NCBI GenBank assembly: GCA_965223265.1
Contig: OZ244999.1
Coordinates: 6,368,001 to 6,432,000, forward strand
Direction: 5' to 3'
Source: Planctomycetota bacterium
GTDB lineage: Bacteria > Planctomycetota > UBA8108 > SXIK01
DNA length: 64,000 nt
Part shown: positions 1 through 10,100 of the stretch, piece after piece
Numbering within the stretch: position 1 is the first letter of the stretch
Layout of the letters: each line of letters opens with the position of its first letter
Position numbers and translations under genes: made by a program
The notes under the pieces: generated by a model
Told to the model about the DNA's origin: nothing
Database searches by the model: none
Seen by the model: the letters and a program-made list of their open reading frames with translations, nothing else

Positions 1-2
1 TT

Positions 3-839
3 CTGCGCCTGGCGGGCGCCGTGTACCTGCCCTACGATCAACCGCCACGCGTCGCCGGGTCGTCACTCGAGCTAGCCCTCGAGGGCGGACTCAACATTGG
101 CATCGGGGCACAGCCCGGAGATCGATTTCGCCTTCGCCTTGCCGTCGCGGACCCGGAAAAACTGCGCCGATGGGGCGGAGAGGTGATTCAAGGAAACAGA
201 CCGTACGATGTCGGCACTGGCTGCGCACTGCTCTACCAGGACGCACTCGCGTTCCGTTTCCCGGGCGTCATCGAAGGCGTGGTCCAAATGAATGACGGAG
301 ACGCGATCGTGCTCGAGTGCGAGACGGCCACCTGGGTCGCCAGTCAAGATGTCCCCGGGCGCACCGTGACCCTCGAGCCAGATGGCGACGCAGCACGCGC
401 TGCAGGCCTCCGAGAGGGTGTCTTTTGCCTCCTGCACATCAACTACTCGGGGCTGCCGCGGCTTTCTCGCGTCTTCCCTGATGCGGTTGCCGACGACGTC
501 GAGATCGTGCAGACAACCGTCGAAGCCGGACCGGTTTTCGCCCGCGGCGATTGTAACGGTGACGGCGATTCCACGTCGGGTTTGAGCGACGCCGTCTTTC
601 TTCTCAGTTTCAATTTTTCTGCCGACGCGGCGCGACCTCCCTGTTTAGCTGCCTGCGACGCGGACGCCGACGGCGATGTCGAAGGACAGGTGACTGACGC
701 GCTCTTCTTGCTCAACCACGCGTTTGCTTCGGGAGCCGCGCCACCCGCGCCTTTTCCGTACTGCGGGTTAGAGCCGGAGGGTCTGGCGAGCATCGCGCTT
801 GGCTGTGACGAAGTCCCGGCGTGTCCAGAGCGTAGCTGA
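3..839 (+). CDS. 5'-truncated secreted protein with C-terminal dockerin-like (double EF-hand) module
   Basis: Frame is open from the window edge. The C-terminus has FARGDCNGDG...SDAVFLL...CLAACDADADGDV...TDALFLLNHAF...PPAPFPYCG...LGC...C. Confidence 0.75.
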   Translation: MRLAGAVYLPYDQPPRVAGSSLELALEGGLNIGIGAQPGDRFRLRLAVADPEKLRRWGGEVIQGNRPYDVGTGCALLYQDALAFRFPGVIEGVVQMNDGDAIVLECETATWVASQDVPGRTVTLEPDGDAARAAGLREGVFCLLHINYSGLPRLSRVFPDAVADDVEIVQTTVEAGPVFARGDCNGDGDSTSGLSDAVFLLSFNFSADAARPPCLAACDADADGDVEGQVTDALFLLNHAFASGAAPPAPFPYCGLEPEGLASIALGCDEVPACPERS

Positions 840-929
840 GACAAAAGAGCAATAGATCACGCTGCGCGGCGCTTCCCGAGCCCTGTCCAACGTGGCAGAA
901 AGTTTCCCAAGTCGGACGGATGGGGACCC

Positions 930-1009
930 GAGCAGGATCGCGCCCGAGTCGCTCCTTGCTTCGACGCTCCTGGCGCTGGCAGGCTCGACGCGAAATGGCC
1001 AAACTCGAG
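930..1009 (-). mobile_element. Partial copy (one end) of inverted-repeat element family B
   Basis: Reverse complement CTCGAGTTTGGCCATTTCGCGTCGAGCCTG...GCCAGGAGCGTCGA...CAAGGAGCGAC...GCGATCC matches 47888-47965. The end abuts CTAA at 1010-1013, which contains the kinase stop codon. Confidence 0.7.
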
Positions 1010-2404
1010 CTAAGGACGGTATTCGAACGTTTCGAGCATGGCGCGGCGCGGTTGCAACCACCACTCGTCGTCGACGCGGCTCCAGGTCTCAAGCAGCGCC
1101 CGCCCGCTGTCGGCCAAGAGCACCATTGCGGCCACGGTGTGGCGCTCCTCGTCCACCCACCGAATCTCGTGAACGTCGGCGCTGCGGCCCAGCAATCTCC
1201 CCAGCCGCCGGCGGACGCGGTCGCCGCGAAAAGGTCGCTCAACGTCGGCGCGCGCGTCGACGAATCCCTCGACGCCGCGACGCTCTCGCACGGCGGAGTG
1301 GAACGCCTCGATTCTTGTCGTCACGGTACGGGCGACTTCTGGGTCAACTCGCGGCTGAGCTCGAAACTTCGCTGCTGCGCCGCTGACACCGGGAAGCAAC
1401 GCCGACGACGCTTGTTCGGCGTTCGCCTGACGTCGTGCGACAAATTGCCAGGCGCCGACGCCACCAGCAAGCGCGACGAGCACGAACAGGAAACCCATGA
1501 GAGGGACATGCCGGCGACGCGTCTGTTCCAACCCTCCTGACGACACGAGCTTGTTGACTCTCTCTACGGCACGCGGCACCGATTGAACTCGCTTGCGAGC
1601 GTCCTTTCGCATCAGCTCGTGGATCAAACGAGACAGCGGCTCGCTGACACCCGAGGCGACAAGGTGCGGCGGCCGGAGCGGTTCCTTCACGACTTTCCAT
1701 ACGGCTTCGATCGTACCGTCAGCGTCAAACGGAGGCACTCCTGTCACCATGTGGTAGAGAGTCGCGCCGAGCGAATAGACGTCGGTACGCTCGTCGAGCT
1801 TCTTGCCGAGAGCTTGCTCGGGCGACATGAAGGCAGGAGAGCCGACGATGGTGCCAGTCCGCGACAAGCTGGCGTCGCCTTCGAGGACACGCGCCAGGCC
1901 GAAATCGACAATTTTCACGTGCCCTTCGTTCGAAATGAGAATGTTGTCCGGCTTGATGTCTCGGTGAATGATGCCTTTCGAGTGTGCGTGAGCAATGCCC
2001 GCAGCGGCGACGCGGAAGATCTTGATCGCCTCTGCCGACGTGAGACGTCCGGTTCGTTTGATGCGTGCGCCGAGACTCTCCCCTTCGACGTATTGCATGA
2101 CGATGTAATAGACGCCATTTTGCTCGCCCGCATCGTAGACGCTGACGATAGCGGGATGGTCGAGGCTCGCAGTCGCCCGCGCCTCGCGGATGAATCTGTC
2201 GACGGCGTTGACGTCCGTCGGCAGGTTCGTTCGCAGGAGCTTGACCGCGACGCGTTTGTTGAGCGTCTGATGACGAGCCAAATAGACCATGCCCATGCCG
2301 CCTTCGCCGAGCTTCCGCTCGAGGACACACTGCCCGATGCGTTTGCCCGCGGCGGCGTCTCGCTGCTCCACCCCGGAACTACTCGACGAACGACTTTCTG
2401 ACAT
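1010..2404 (-). CDS. Hanks-type Ser/Thr protein kinase with one TM helix and an extracytoplasmic C-terminal domain
   Basis: Kinase motifs LGEGGMGMVY, VAVK, HRDIKPDN, DFGLA, SPEQ and DVYSLG. Hydrophobic segment LMGFLFVLVALAGGVGAW. Confidence 0.93.
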   Translation of the reverse strand: MSESRSSSSSGVEQRDAAAGKRIGQCVLERKLGEGGMGMVYLARHQTLNKRVAVKLLRTNLPTDVNAVDRFIREARATASLDHPAIVSVYDAGEQNGVYYIVMQYVEGESLGARIKRTGRLTSAEAIKIFRVAAAGIAHAHSKGIIHRDIKPDNILISNEGHVKIVDFGLARVLEGDASLSRTGTIVGSPAFMSPEQALGKKLDERTDVYSLGATLYHMVTGVPPFDADGTIEAVWKVVKEPLRPPHLVASGVSEPLSRLIHELMRKDARKRVQSVPRAVERVNKLVSSGGLEQTRRRHVPLMGFLFVLVALAGGVGAWQFVARRQANAEQASSALLPGVSGAAAKFRAQPRVDPEVARTVTTRIEAFHSAVRERRGVEGFVDARADVERPFRGDRVRRRLGRLLGRSADVHEIRWVDEERHTVAAMVLLADSGRALLETWSRVDDEWWLQPRRAMLETFEYRP

Positions 2405-2752
2405 GCTCTTTTCCCAGTGCGCCTAGTCTCATCGCCCTCCTACCCAAGAATAGAGGATGTCGCCGCGACGGACCACCAACCCGAAAATTCCCACACCCGC
2501 AGAGCCGCCGAAACAGCGTTGGGAGCATCGTACGGCCGAAAGAATTGCCTATCGTTTGGCGCCACACGATCCGAACCGATCCCACTGCTCCCCGTTAACG
2601 GACGATCGAGTCGAACGATTCTCGGCCCATCGAAGTCGCGGCGCAGCAGTCCGAGAGGCGCAGCAGCCGACGCTCTCTTGAACGCTCTACGGCGCACGAA
2701 CCGATGTTTTGCTCGCCTTGATTCTGTCACATTGAGGCTATACTTTGCCGTC

Positions 2753-5700
2753 ATGAAGCCCGCGCTCCAGCAGCTCCAAACGCTGTGCCCAGCCGTCGAA
2801 GCGGATCTCATTCGCGAACACTTGCGCCGGTTGGATGAGGAATACTTCGAACGATTCTCACTCTCGGAGATCGCCAAGCATCTTGAGCGGCTCGGTCGTC
2901 TGTCGAGAAAGAATCCCGTCGAAGTCATTTTGAAACGCCATGACGGCCAGGCGTTCGATTGTACGGTTCTGGCGTTCGACTACGACGCGGAGTTTTCGCT
3001 CATCGCAGGCATCTTGTTCGGCAACGGAGTCAACATTCAGTCTGGCGACGTCTTCACCTACGCGAAAGCACGCCAGCAGGCAAGGCCTCGCAGCCGCCGC
3101 TTTCCTTGGACTCGCGGTCAGCGAGAGAACCTGCTGTCGCGGCGGCGTATCATCGATCACATCGTCGGGCGTTTGGTCACCACCGAACCGTGGGAGGATT
3201 GGTCCACACGCTTCATAGAACAGCTGCAGGCGGTGATTTCGCTCCTTGAAGCCGGGGACAAGGCGTCCATTGAGGAAGCAAAGCATCGAGTCAACGAGAG
3301 AGTCACGCGCCGATTGGTCGACTCGCAGTCGTCCGGTCACGACGTGCTTTATCCCGTGTCGCTCGAGATCGACACAGAATCAAGCGGGAACACCCGCCTC
3401 AAAGTAGAGTCACAGGATACTCCGGCGTTCCTGTACGCCTTGACGACTGCGCTGTCACTGCACCAATTGTCGATTGACCATGTCCAAATTCGCACAAGCG
3501 CAGGACACGTCGCCGACGAGATCGACATCGTCGGACCCGACGACCAGCCGGTGACGGACCCACGAGTGCTTGACAAGATTCGTCTCTCGGTGGTCCTGAC
3601 GAAGCAGTTCACCTATTTTCTTGATCGAGCGCCGGACCCATACTCAGCGCTGTCGAGATTCGAGCAGCTCGTGGTCGAGATCCTACGCCTCCCAGAGGGC
3701 GACGATTGGGCCAAGCGCCTGTCAAACCCGAAAGCTATGAAGCACCTCGCTCGTTTGCTCGGCGCCAGTGATTTTCTTTGGGAAGACTTCATTCGTCTGC
3801 AGTACGAGGCGCTCCTGCCAGTGCTCGCATCTGCTTCGGAGACATCCGAGGCCAGCACCGCGAGGCATGATGCGGCGGAGTTGTCGCGGCGTCTCGAGCA
3901 AGGACTTGAGTCCTGCGGTTCGCTCGCGGAGCGCATCGCGTGCGTCAACAAGTTCAAAGATCGAGAGATCTTTCGCCTCGATCTCGATCACATCCTGGAC
4001 GACTCCGTTGACTTTCGGCAGCTCGCCGAGCAGTTGACTGAGCTGGCCGAAATCGTCATTCAGGCGATCGCAGACATTCTCTACGCCGAGCTTCTCCAGC
4101 GCCATGGCACACCGCGAACGGTTGCAGGACTGCCAGCGTCCTACGCCGTGTTCGGCCTCGGAAAACTAGGCGGAGCCGCGCTTGGGTACGCCTCAGACAT
4201 CGAGCTTCTTCTCGTCTACAGCGACACCGGAACGACAGACGGCGACAACGCAGTAAGCAACGCCGAATTTTTCAGCGATCTGATGCGAGAAATCGCGCAA
4301 GCGATCCAGGCGAAGCGCGAGGGAATTTTTCACGTCGACCTGCGACTACGTCCGTACGGAAACGCTGGCCCCATGGCCTGCAGCTTAGCGAACTTTTGCG
4401 AGTATTACGGGCCGGGCGGCGCAGCGCATTCGTTTGAGCGTCTCGCCTTGGTCCGACTCCGAGCCGTGGCTGGGGATCGCAAACTTGGCTCACAGGTGAC
4501 TCGCTTGCGCGACGAATTCATCTACCGGTCCCCAAGTATCGTCGTCGAAGAGCTACAGGAACTGCGAGCGCGTCAGTTCGAAGAGAAGAATGAACCTGGC
4601 CGATACAACGCCAAATTCAGCCCGGGTGCTCTCGTAGATCTCGAGTACACTGTGCAGATTTTACAGCTACACTACGCGTCCGAGCACGACGACCTACGCA
4701 CACCGCGCATCCACAAAGCGCTCAATGCGCTACAGAAAGCGGGTGTTCTCGAGCCGATCGAAAGCGAACGTCTAACGTCGGCGTACGACTTTCTGCGGCG
4801 GCTCATCAACGGGCTACGCATGCTTCGTGGTTCGGCCAAGGATCTCTTCCTACCGCCGTCAGACTCTATCGAGTTCGTCCACCTCGCACGCCGCATGGGA
4901 TACCAGTCGACTGATGGGCTCGGCCCAGCTGATCAGCTGCTTCTTGAGTTCTCAACGCAGACGGCGACGGTGCGCACGTTTGTCGAGAAGCGCATGGGGC
5001 GTGCAGCGCTACCGGGTCCGCTCATGGGCAACATTGCGGATCTCATCCTCTCAGACGATCCAGCGCCCGAACTGTGCGAGAAAGTACTTCGTGATGCAGG
5101 ATTCAAGCACCCGCAGCGCGCCCTCGCCGGCCTCCAAGCGCTTGCCGCGCGCACGACGAACAAGCGACAGTTCGCACGCCTGGCGGTGCTCGCCGTCGAC
5201 AAACTTCGTCGCGAACCGAACCCGGACATGGCTCTCAACAACCTGGACCGTTTCGGCGTCGACGGCCAGGATCACGAGGCGCACTACGCTGCCTTACTCG
5301 AACAACCGACCAGACTCGAGATCCTGCTCGGCATCTTCTCGCGCAGCCAGTTTCTCGCCGATGTTTTGATTCGAAACCGTGAGTTTTACGATTGGGTAAC
5401 GACGCCGCAAAACCTTCACGAACCCAGAAAACGCAGTCAGCTCGTGCGCGAGTTACGAGCACGCGCCGAAGCGTCTGACTCACATGACGCGTGGCTAGGA
5501 GAATTACGACTGTTTCGTCGGCGGGAGCTTCTTCGCATCGGAACGCGAGACATGTTCCTAAGAGTGAGCACACCTGAAGTGATGCAGGAACTCACGACAC
5601 TCGCCGAGGCACTGGTCGACGCCGACCTCGAACAAGTTTGGAAGGAGCTGGTGCGCAGCGGTCAAGTCCGCAGCGATGAGCTCGAAGCGCTGGCGTCGAA

Positions 5701-6592
5701 CTTCTCAGTGCTTGCCTTCGGCAAGCTCGGCGGTCGAGAGCTCAACTACAGCTCCGACATCGATTTGATTGGAATCTATCACGACACTTCCGACGTAGGC
5801 ACACCCGCGCAGGGGACTGCCGTCGAACCCAACCCGTTCGCAGCCGCGATGTCGATGCTCCGTGAGGATCTCTCGAAGCACACCGAGGAAGGCTACGCCT
5901 ATCGCGTCGATCTTCGCTTACGACCCTACGGCCGTTCGGGCGAGCTCGTCTCGACCGTGGAGGGACTCGTCTCTTACTACGAGGAGACAGCTCGCGTGTG
6001 GGAGATCCAGGCGCTGCTCAAACTACGGCCCATTGCCGGCAATTTGGATGTCGGATACGAACTCCTCGAGCGGCTCTATCCCGTCTTGGTACGCCGGCGC
6101 GACCCGAGCCAGGTCACGCTCTCAATCCAGGAACTGCGCGAAGAAGCGATCCGCAACTCGCAGACGCGGACGCTGGGATCTGGCGTCGACGTCAAGAACG
6201 GTCCTGGGGGCATCCGGGACGTGGAGTTTCTGGTGCAGGGGTTGCAACTCATCCATGTTGCCGACCACCCGACTCTACTCGGGAGCAACACCCTTCAGGT
6301 TCTCAGGGCGCTTGAGGACGCTCGCATTCTGGATGCCGAGACATGTAGCGATTTACGACGCGATTATTTGTTCCTGCGACGAGTCGAACACTACTTGCAG
6401 ATTCTACACGACCGGCAAATCCACTCGCTGCCAGTCGACGTCGACGAGCTGGAGGCTCTGGCGAGGCGAGTGCTCGGACGGAAAACGACCGCCGCCGCGT
6501 TCACGGAGGAGCTACAGTCTCGCTTCGACCGCATCTATGCGACGCACGTAGCTCGACTGTTCCCGGACCGAACAGCAACGCAAAGGTCATAG
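2753..6592 (+). CDS. glnE: Glutamine synthetase adenylyltransferase/adenylyl-removing enzyme with N-terminal ACT-like domains
   Basis: Two nucleotidyltransferase motifs (GKLGGAALGYASDIE and GKLGGRELNYSSDID), two VDLRLRPYG motifs, KxxPGxxxDxE motifs. Start placed at ATG 2753, just after TATACT. Confidence 0.88.
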   Translation: MKPALQQLQTLCPAVEADLIREHLRRLDEEYFERFSLSEIAKHLERLGRLSRKNPVEVILKRHDGQAFDCTVLAFDYDAEFSLIAGILFGNGVNIQSGDVFTYAKARQQARPRSRRFPWTRGQRENLLSRRRIIDHIVGRLVTTEPWEDWSTRFIEQLQAVISLLEAGDKASIEEAKHRVNERVTRRLVDSQSSGHDVLYPVSLEIDTESSGNTRLKVESQDTPAFLYALTTALSLHQLSIDHVQIRTSAGHVADEIDIVGPDDQPVTDPRVLDKIRLSVVLTKQFTYFLDRAPDPYSALSRFEQLVVEILRLPEGDDWAKRLSNPKAMKHLARLLGASDFLWEDFIRLQYEALLPVLASASETSEASTARHDAAELSRRLEQGLESCGSLAERIACVNKFKDREIFRLDLDHILDDSVDFRQLAEQLTELAEIVIQAIADILYAELLQRHGTPRTVAGLPASYAVFGLGKLGGAALGYASDIELLLVYSDTGTTDGDNAVSNAEFFSDLMREIAQAIQAKREGIFHVDLRLRPYGNAGPMACSLANFCEYYGPGGAAHSFERLALVRLRAVAGDRKLGSQVTRLRDEFIYRSPSIVVEELQELRARQFEEKNEPGRYNAKFSPGALVDLEYTVQILQLHYASEHDDLRTPRIHKALNALQKAGVLEPIESERLTSAYDFLRRLINGLRMLRGSAKDLFLPPSDSIEFVHLARRMGYQSTDGLGPADQLLLEFSTQTATVRTFVEKRMGRAALPGPLMGNIADLILSDDPAPELCEKVLRDAGFKHPQRALAGLQALAARTTNKRQFARLAVLAVDKLRREPNPDMALNNLDRFGVDGQDHEAHYAALLEQPTRLEILLGIFSRSQFLADVLIRNREFYDWVTTPQNLHEPRKRSQLVRELRARAEASDSHDAWLGELRLFRRRELLRIGTRDMFLRVSTPEVMQELTTLAEALVDADLEQVWKELVRSGQVRSDELEALASNFSVLAFGKLGGRELNYSSDIDLIGIYHDTSDVGTPAQGTAVEPNPFAAAMSMLREDLSKHTEEGYAYRVDLRLRPYGRSGELVSTVEGLVSYYEETARVWEIQALLKLRPIAGNLDVGYELLERLYPVLVRRRDPSQVTLSIQELREEAIRNSQTRTLGSGVDVKNGPGGIRDVEFLVQGLQLIHVADHPTLLGSNTLQVLRALEDARILDAETCSDLRRDYLFLRRVEHYLQILHDRQIHSLPVDVDELEALARRVLGRKTTAAAFTEELQSRFDRIYATHVARLFPDRTATQRS

Positions 6593-6684
6593 ACGCTCCG
6601 ACAAGTCGCAGTCGGCCCTATGCGGAAGTTTCAGGCCACCAACGACGCCCATCGGAAGACGAAATGCCGCAAGAACTTTTGCGG

Positions 6685-6713
6685 TTGCGGGGCTGTGAGG
6701 CGTATGCTACAAG
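6685..6713 (+). promoter_or_regulatory. Putative sigma70 promoter of tRNA-His
   Basis: TTGCGG (6685-6690), 17 nt spacer, TG-n-TACAAG (6708-6713), about 28 nt upstream of the tRNA. Confidence 0.4.
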
Positions 6714-6740
6714 TCGTGCCTTCACACTCGTCGCACCTCT

Positions 6741-6819
6741 GGTGGGTGTAGCTCAGTTGGTTTAGAGCGCCAGGTTGTGGTCCTGGAGGTCGCGGGTTCG
6801 ATTCCCGTCACCCACCCCA
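6741..6819 (+). tRNA. tRNA-His (GUG)
   Basis: Acceptor stem GTGGGTG/CACCCAC with G-1 and C73, D arm GCTC/GAGC, anticodon arm CCAGG-TTGTGGT-CCTGG, T loop TTCGATT, encoded CCA. Confidence 0.97.
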
Positions 6820-7132
6820 CTCTCCCGTCCTCCCAAGCCTCGAAGTGCGGCATGGGATGACGCAGAAGAGCGACGTTGTGCTGACACTACGGAACAACAC
6901 GCTTCTTTGCGTGACGCTGTCAGGACATTAGAAGCTTCGCGCGGCTCGGTCGATCGAGAGGCACGGAGCGCGATACGGGCAATTCGGTCAGCCTGGAGTG
7001 TGGCGCGTCTGGATCGCAGTAGCGCCGCAGTAGAAACTCCAACGACTCACCGGTTAAGATGTCGTCGCCTTCATCGCGACGCTTACTTCGAGGGGGGCGC
7101 AGCGAATCCTGCGCAAGACCGGGAGGGGACGA

Positions 7133-10100
7133 ATGGTCGGATCGGTTCCGTCTGGGCGCTACCGTCGCATCGCGCTTGTGAGTGTGTGTGTGCTTGTCGC
7201 CGCGTCGCTCCATGCACAGGCGACGAACACGACCGGACCTGAGACGGAAAAGCGCTTCCCGCCTCTCAAGGTGGCGGACGGCTTCGAAGCCATCCTCTTC
7301 GCTTGCGACCCACTCGTCGAGTACCCTTCCGTGATCGCGCTCGGACCGCGCCAGGGATCCGTGTTCGTCGCGTACGACTACATGACCGGCTTAGGAACCG
7401 AGATCGTCCGGCGCGACGAGGTCCGTTTGGTGCAGGACACGGACCATGACGGTTACGCCGACAAATCTACGCTGTATGCGGACGGATTCAACTCGATCAT
7501 GGGTCTTGCGTCGCGCGGCGACGCGCTCTACGTGATGCACGCACCCTATTTGACCCTCCTGCGTGATGCGAACGGCGATTCTCAACCTGAGGAGCGCCGC
7601 CATCTGCTGCGCGGGCTCGGCCTCACCCCGGCGGAAAACCCGGTTCGTTTGCACTGCGCCAATGGCGTCACGGTGGGCTACGACGGGTGGCTCTACCTCG
7701 CGCTCGGCGATCACGGGTGCGATGTCGTGCGACCGGAGGGCGATCGTCTCCGCCTCGAAGGCGGCGGCATCCTCCGGTGTCGGCTCGACGGCAGCGACCT
7801 TCACGTGTTCTCCCGTGGTCTACGCAACATCTACGACGTCGCGTTGGACTCTGACTTGAACGTGTTTGTCCGCGACAATGAAAACGACGGCGGCGATTAC
7901 ATGAACCGCGTCTACCACTCTTTCTTCGGCGCCGACCATGGATATCCGTATGACTACTACGAACGCCCCCACATGACACTCCGCCCGCTCATCGACGTCG
8001 GTCGTGGGTCGTCCGCAGGCGGAGTCGCGTACCTGGAGACATCGTTTCCGCCGGCGTTTCATTCGGGCCTGATTTTTTGTGAATGGGGACGCGCAGTTGT
8101 TCACTACCCCCTAACACAAAGAGGTAGCAGTTTCGGCCCAACGACTGAATCGGATCTCGTCGCGGGCAGTTCGCTGGATCCCTACGGTTTTCGCCCGACG
8201 AGCTTGGTCGTCGATCGAGACGGTTCGCTTCTCATTTCTGACTGGGCGGACGGTCAACGTCCTCGGCGTGGGCGCGGCCGCATCTACCGCCTCCGGCATA
8301 CGGGGAGCGTGCACGACGCCGAACAGGAACCCTCGCTCGCGTCGACGCCAGCGGCAACGTTGCCCGAGGAGCGTTTCGAGCGCCTCGGAGCCGCCAGTTA
8401 CCACGAGCGATTCGCGGCGCAACTAGCCATCGAAGCGCGTGGTGACGCAGCGATCGAGGCCGTCGCTCAGGCGCTTGCTGACGGTTCCCTCACGACGGTC
8501 GGTGAACTACACGCTGTATGGATCCTGACGCAAGCACGCGGCACCGAGGCACTCGAAACGCTCTTGAGCGTCGCTCAACAGACAGACCGCTCTCCCAGAG
8601 TTCGAGTGGCGGCGGTACGGGCGATCGCGGACCTGGCCGACCCGGTCCTCGTACAAGACCGCCTCGGCGCAAGAGGCGACGGTCACGCGGTCACCGAAAA
8701 GCTCGCGGCGCTGGAGGTCGCGCCAGGTGACTCCCGTCTACGCCGCGAGTTGATCCTCGCATTTGGCCGCATCCATTGGCCAGGTCTTCCCTCGTGGCTT
8801 GCGGAACGGATGACACCAGATAGTGATGCAACCAGTGACGACGCTTTGCAGCATGCGGCGATGTTCGCGCTGCGGCAGTCCAAGAACTGGTCGGCGCTTT
8901 TAAGATTCCTGGACCTACCGCGCGGGGCTCCGACGCGTCGTTTGGCGCTTCAAGCACTCGACGGTCAGTACAGTTCGGCGGTGACGAACGGCCTCGTCGA
9001 GCGCCTAGAAGCGGAAAGGCGTGGCGATCGTCAACGGGAGTACACGGAGATACTAGCGCGTCTCTATAAGAAGCCAGGACTCTGGAAATACTGGGGATAC
9101 AGACCACCGCCACGACCCGCCCACACCGAGGCATGGGCAGGAACGACCTCCATCCGCGCCGCTCTCGACGCCACATTGGCGCGATGTGGCGTCGATGACC
9201 GGGTGTATGTCCTTGAGCGACTGGTGCGCGAAGCTGTTCCTGTGCGCGTCGACCAGGTCGCGACGTGGCTTGACGCCGAGCGCCGCGCCGACCGCGTCCT
9301 CACTATTCTTTCTGCCTTGGAGAACCAGCCGCTTTCACAGACCAGGGAGCCGCTCCATGCAGTTGTCACATCCACGGAACAGGAGGAGAGCATCCGTCTC
9401 AAGGCTCTTGCGATGCTGCGCGCCGACTGGGACAACACTCCCACATCGCTACTCAAGCTAGCGATGACGATCGAACCAGGTGCAGTCCTGGTCGAGACGC
9501 TCCGCGAACTTTCTCGCCGCCCTCAACTCGACAGCCGCGAGATCGTCCACGGCCATCTGAGCTCACAGTCCGCAGCGGTTCGAGCCGCAGCGGTCGAAAC
9601 ACTCGCTGTGCTGAACGATGTCGACAGTGGCGGCGCAGCTCTGGGTCTGCTGTCAGATCCAAATGAAAGTGTACGCGTCGCGGCGGCTCGTGCACTCGGT
9701 ACTCTACAAGTTACCGAAGCAGCTGACGGTCTTCTTGCCGTCGCTCTCGAACAATCGCCGCTGCTGCGAAGTGCCGCTTTCGAGTCACTTGCCAAGCTCC
9801 GCGACCCGCGCGTCGTCCCATTGCTCGAAGGGGCCATCAAGGAAACGCCGGGTGATCACAGTACGCGGCTGGCGGCGGTCGCCGCACTGGGTGAGGTCGG
9901 CGGTGCAGAACAGGTCGGCGCCATCGTCGAAATGGCGCGAACCGACCGTAGCCGTACACTCCACGCGGCGCTCGTTTCAACGCTCGATGTGTGGTCGCGC
10001 CGTGACGGCATCAGCGTCGACACTCGACGCCGAATAGAACACGGGATCGCCAAGGTACTAGGTTTCAGCGGCATCCTTGCGCGCTGGCGGGCATTCGGCC

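Noticed and set aside
2417-2752. N-terminal 112 codons of the glnE ORF
   Set aside because: Unstructured, overlaps the divergent promoter region, and a -10 element lies just before ATG 2753.
6741-7130. tRNA-His as an island integration site
   Set aside because: No adjacent integrase, and no duplicate of the tRNA 3' end was noticed in the window.
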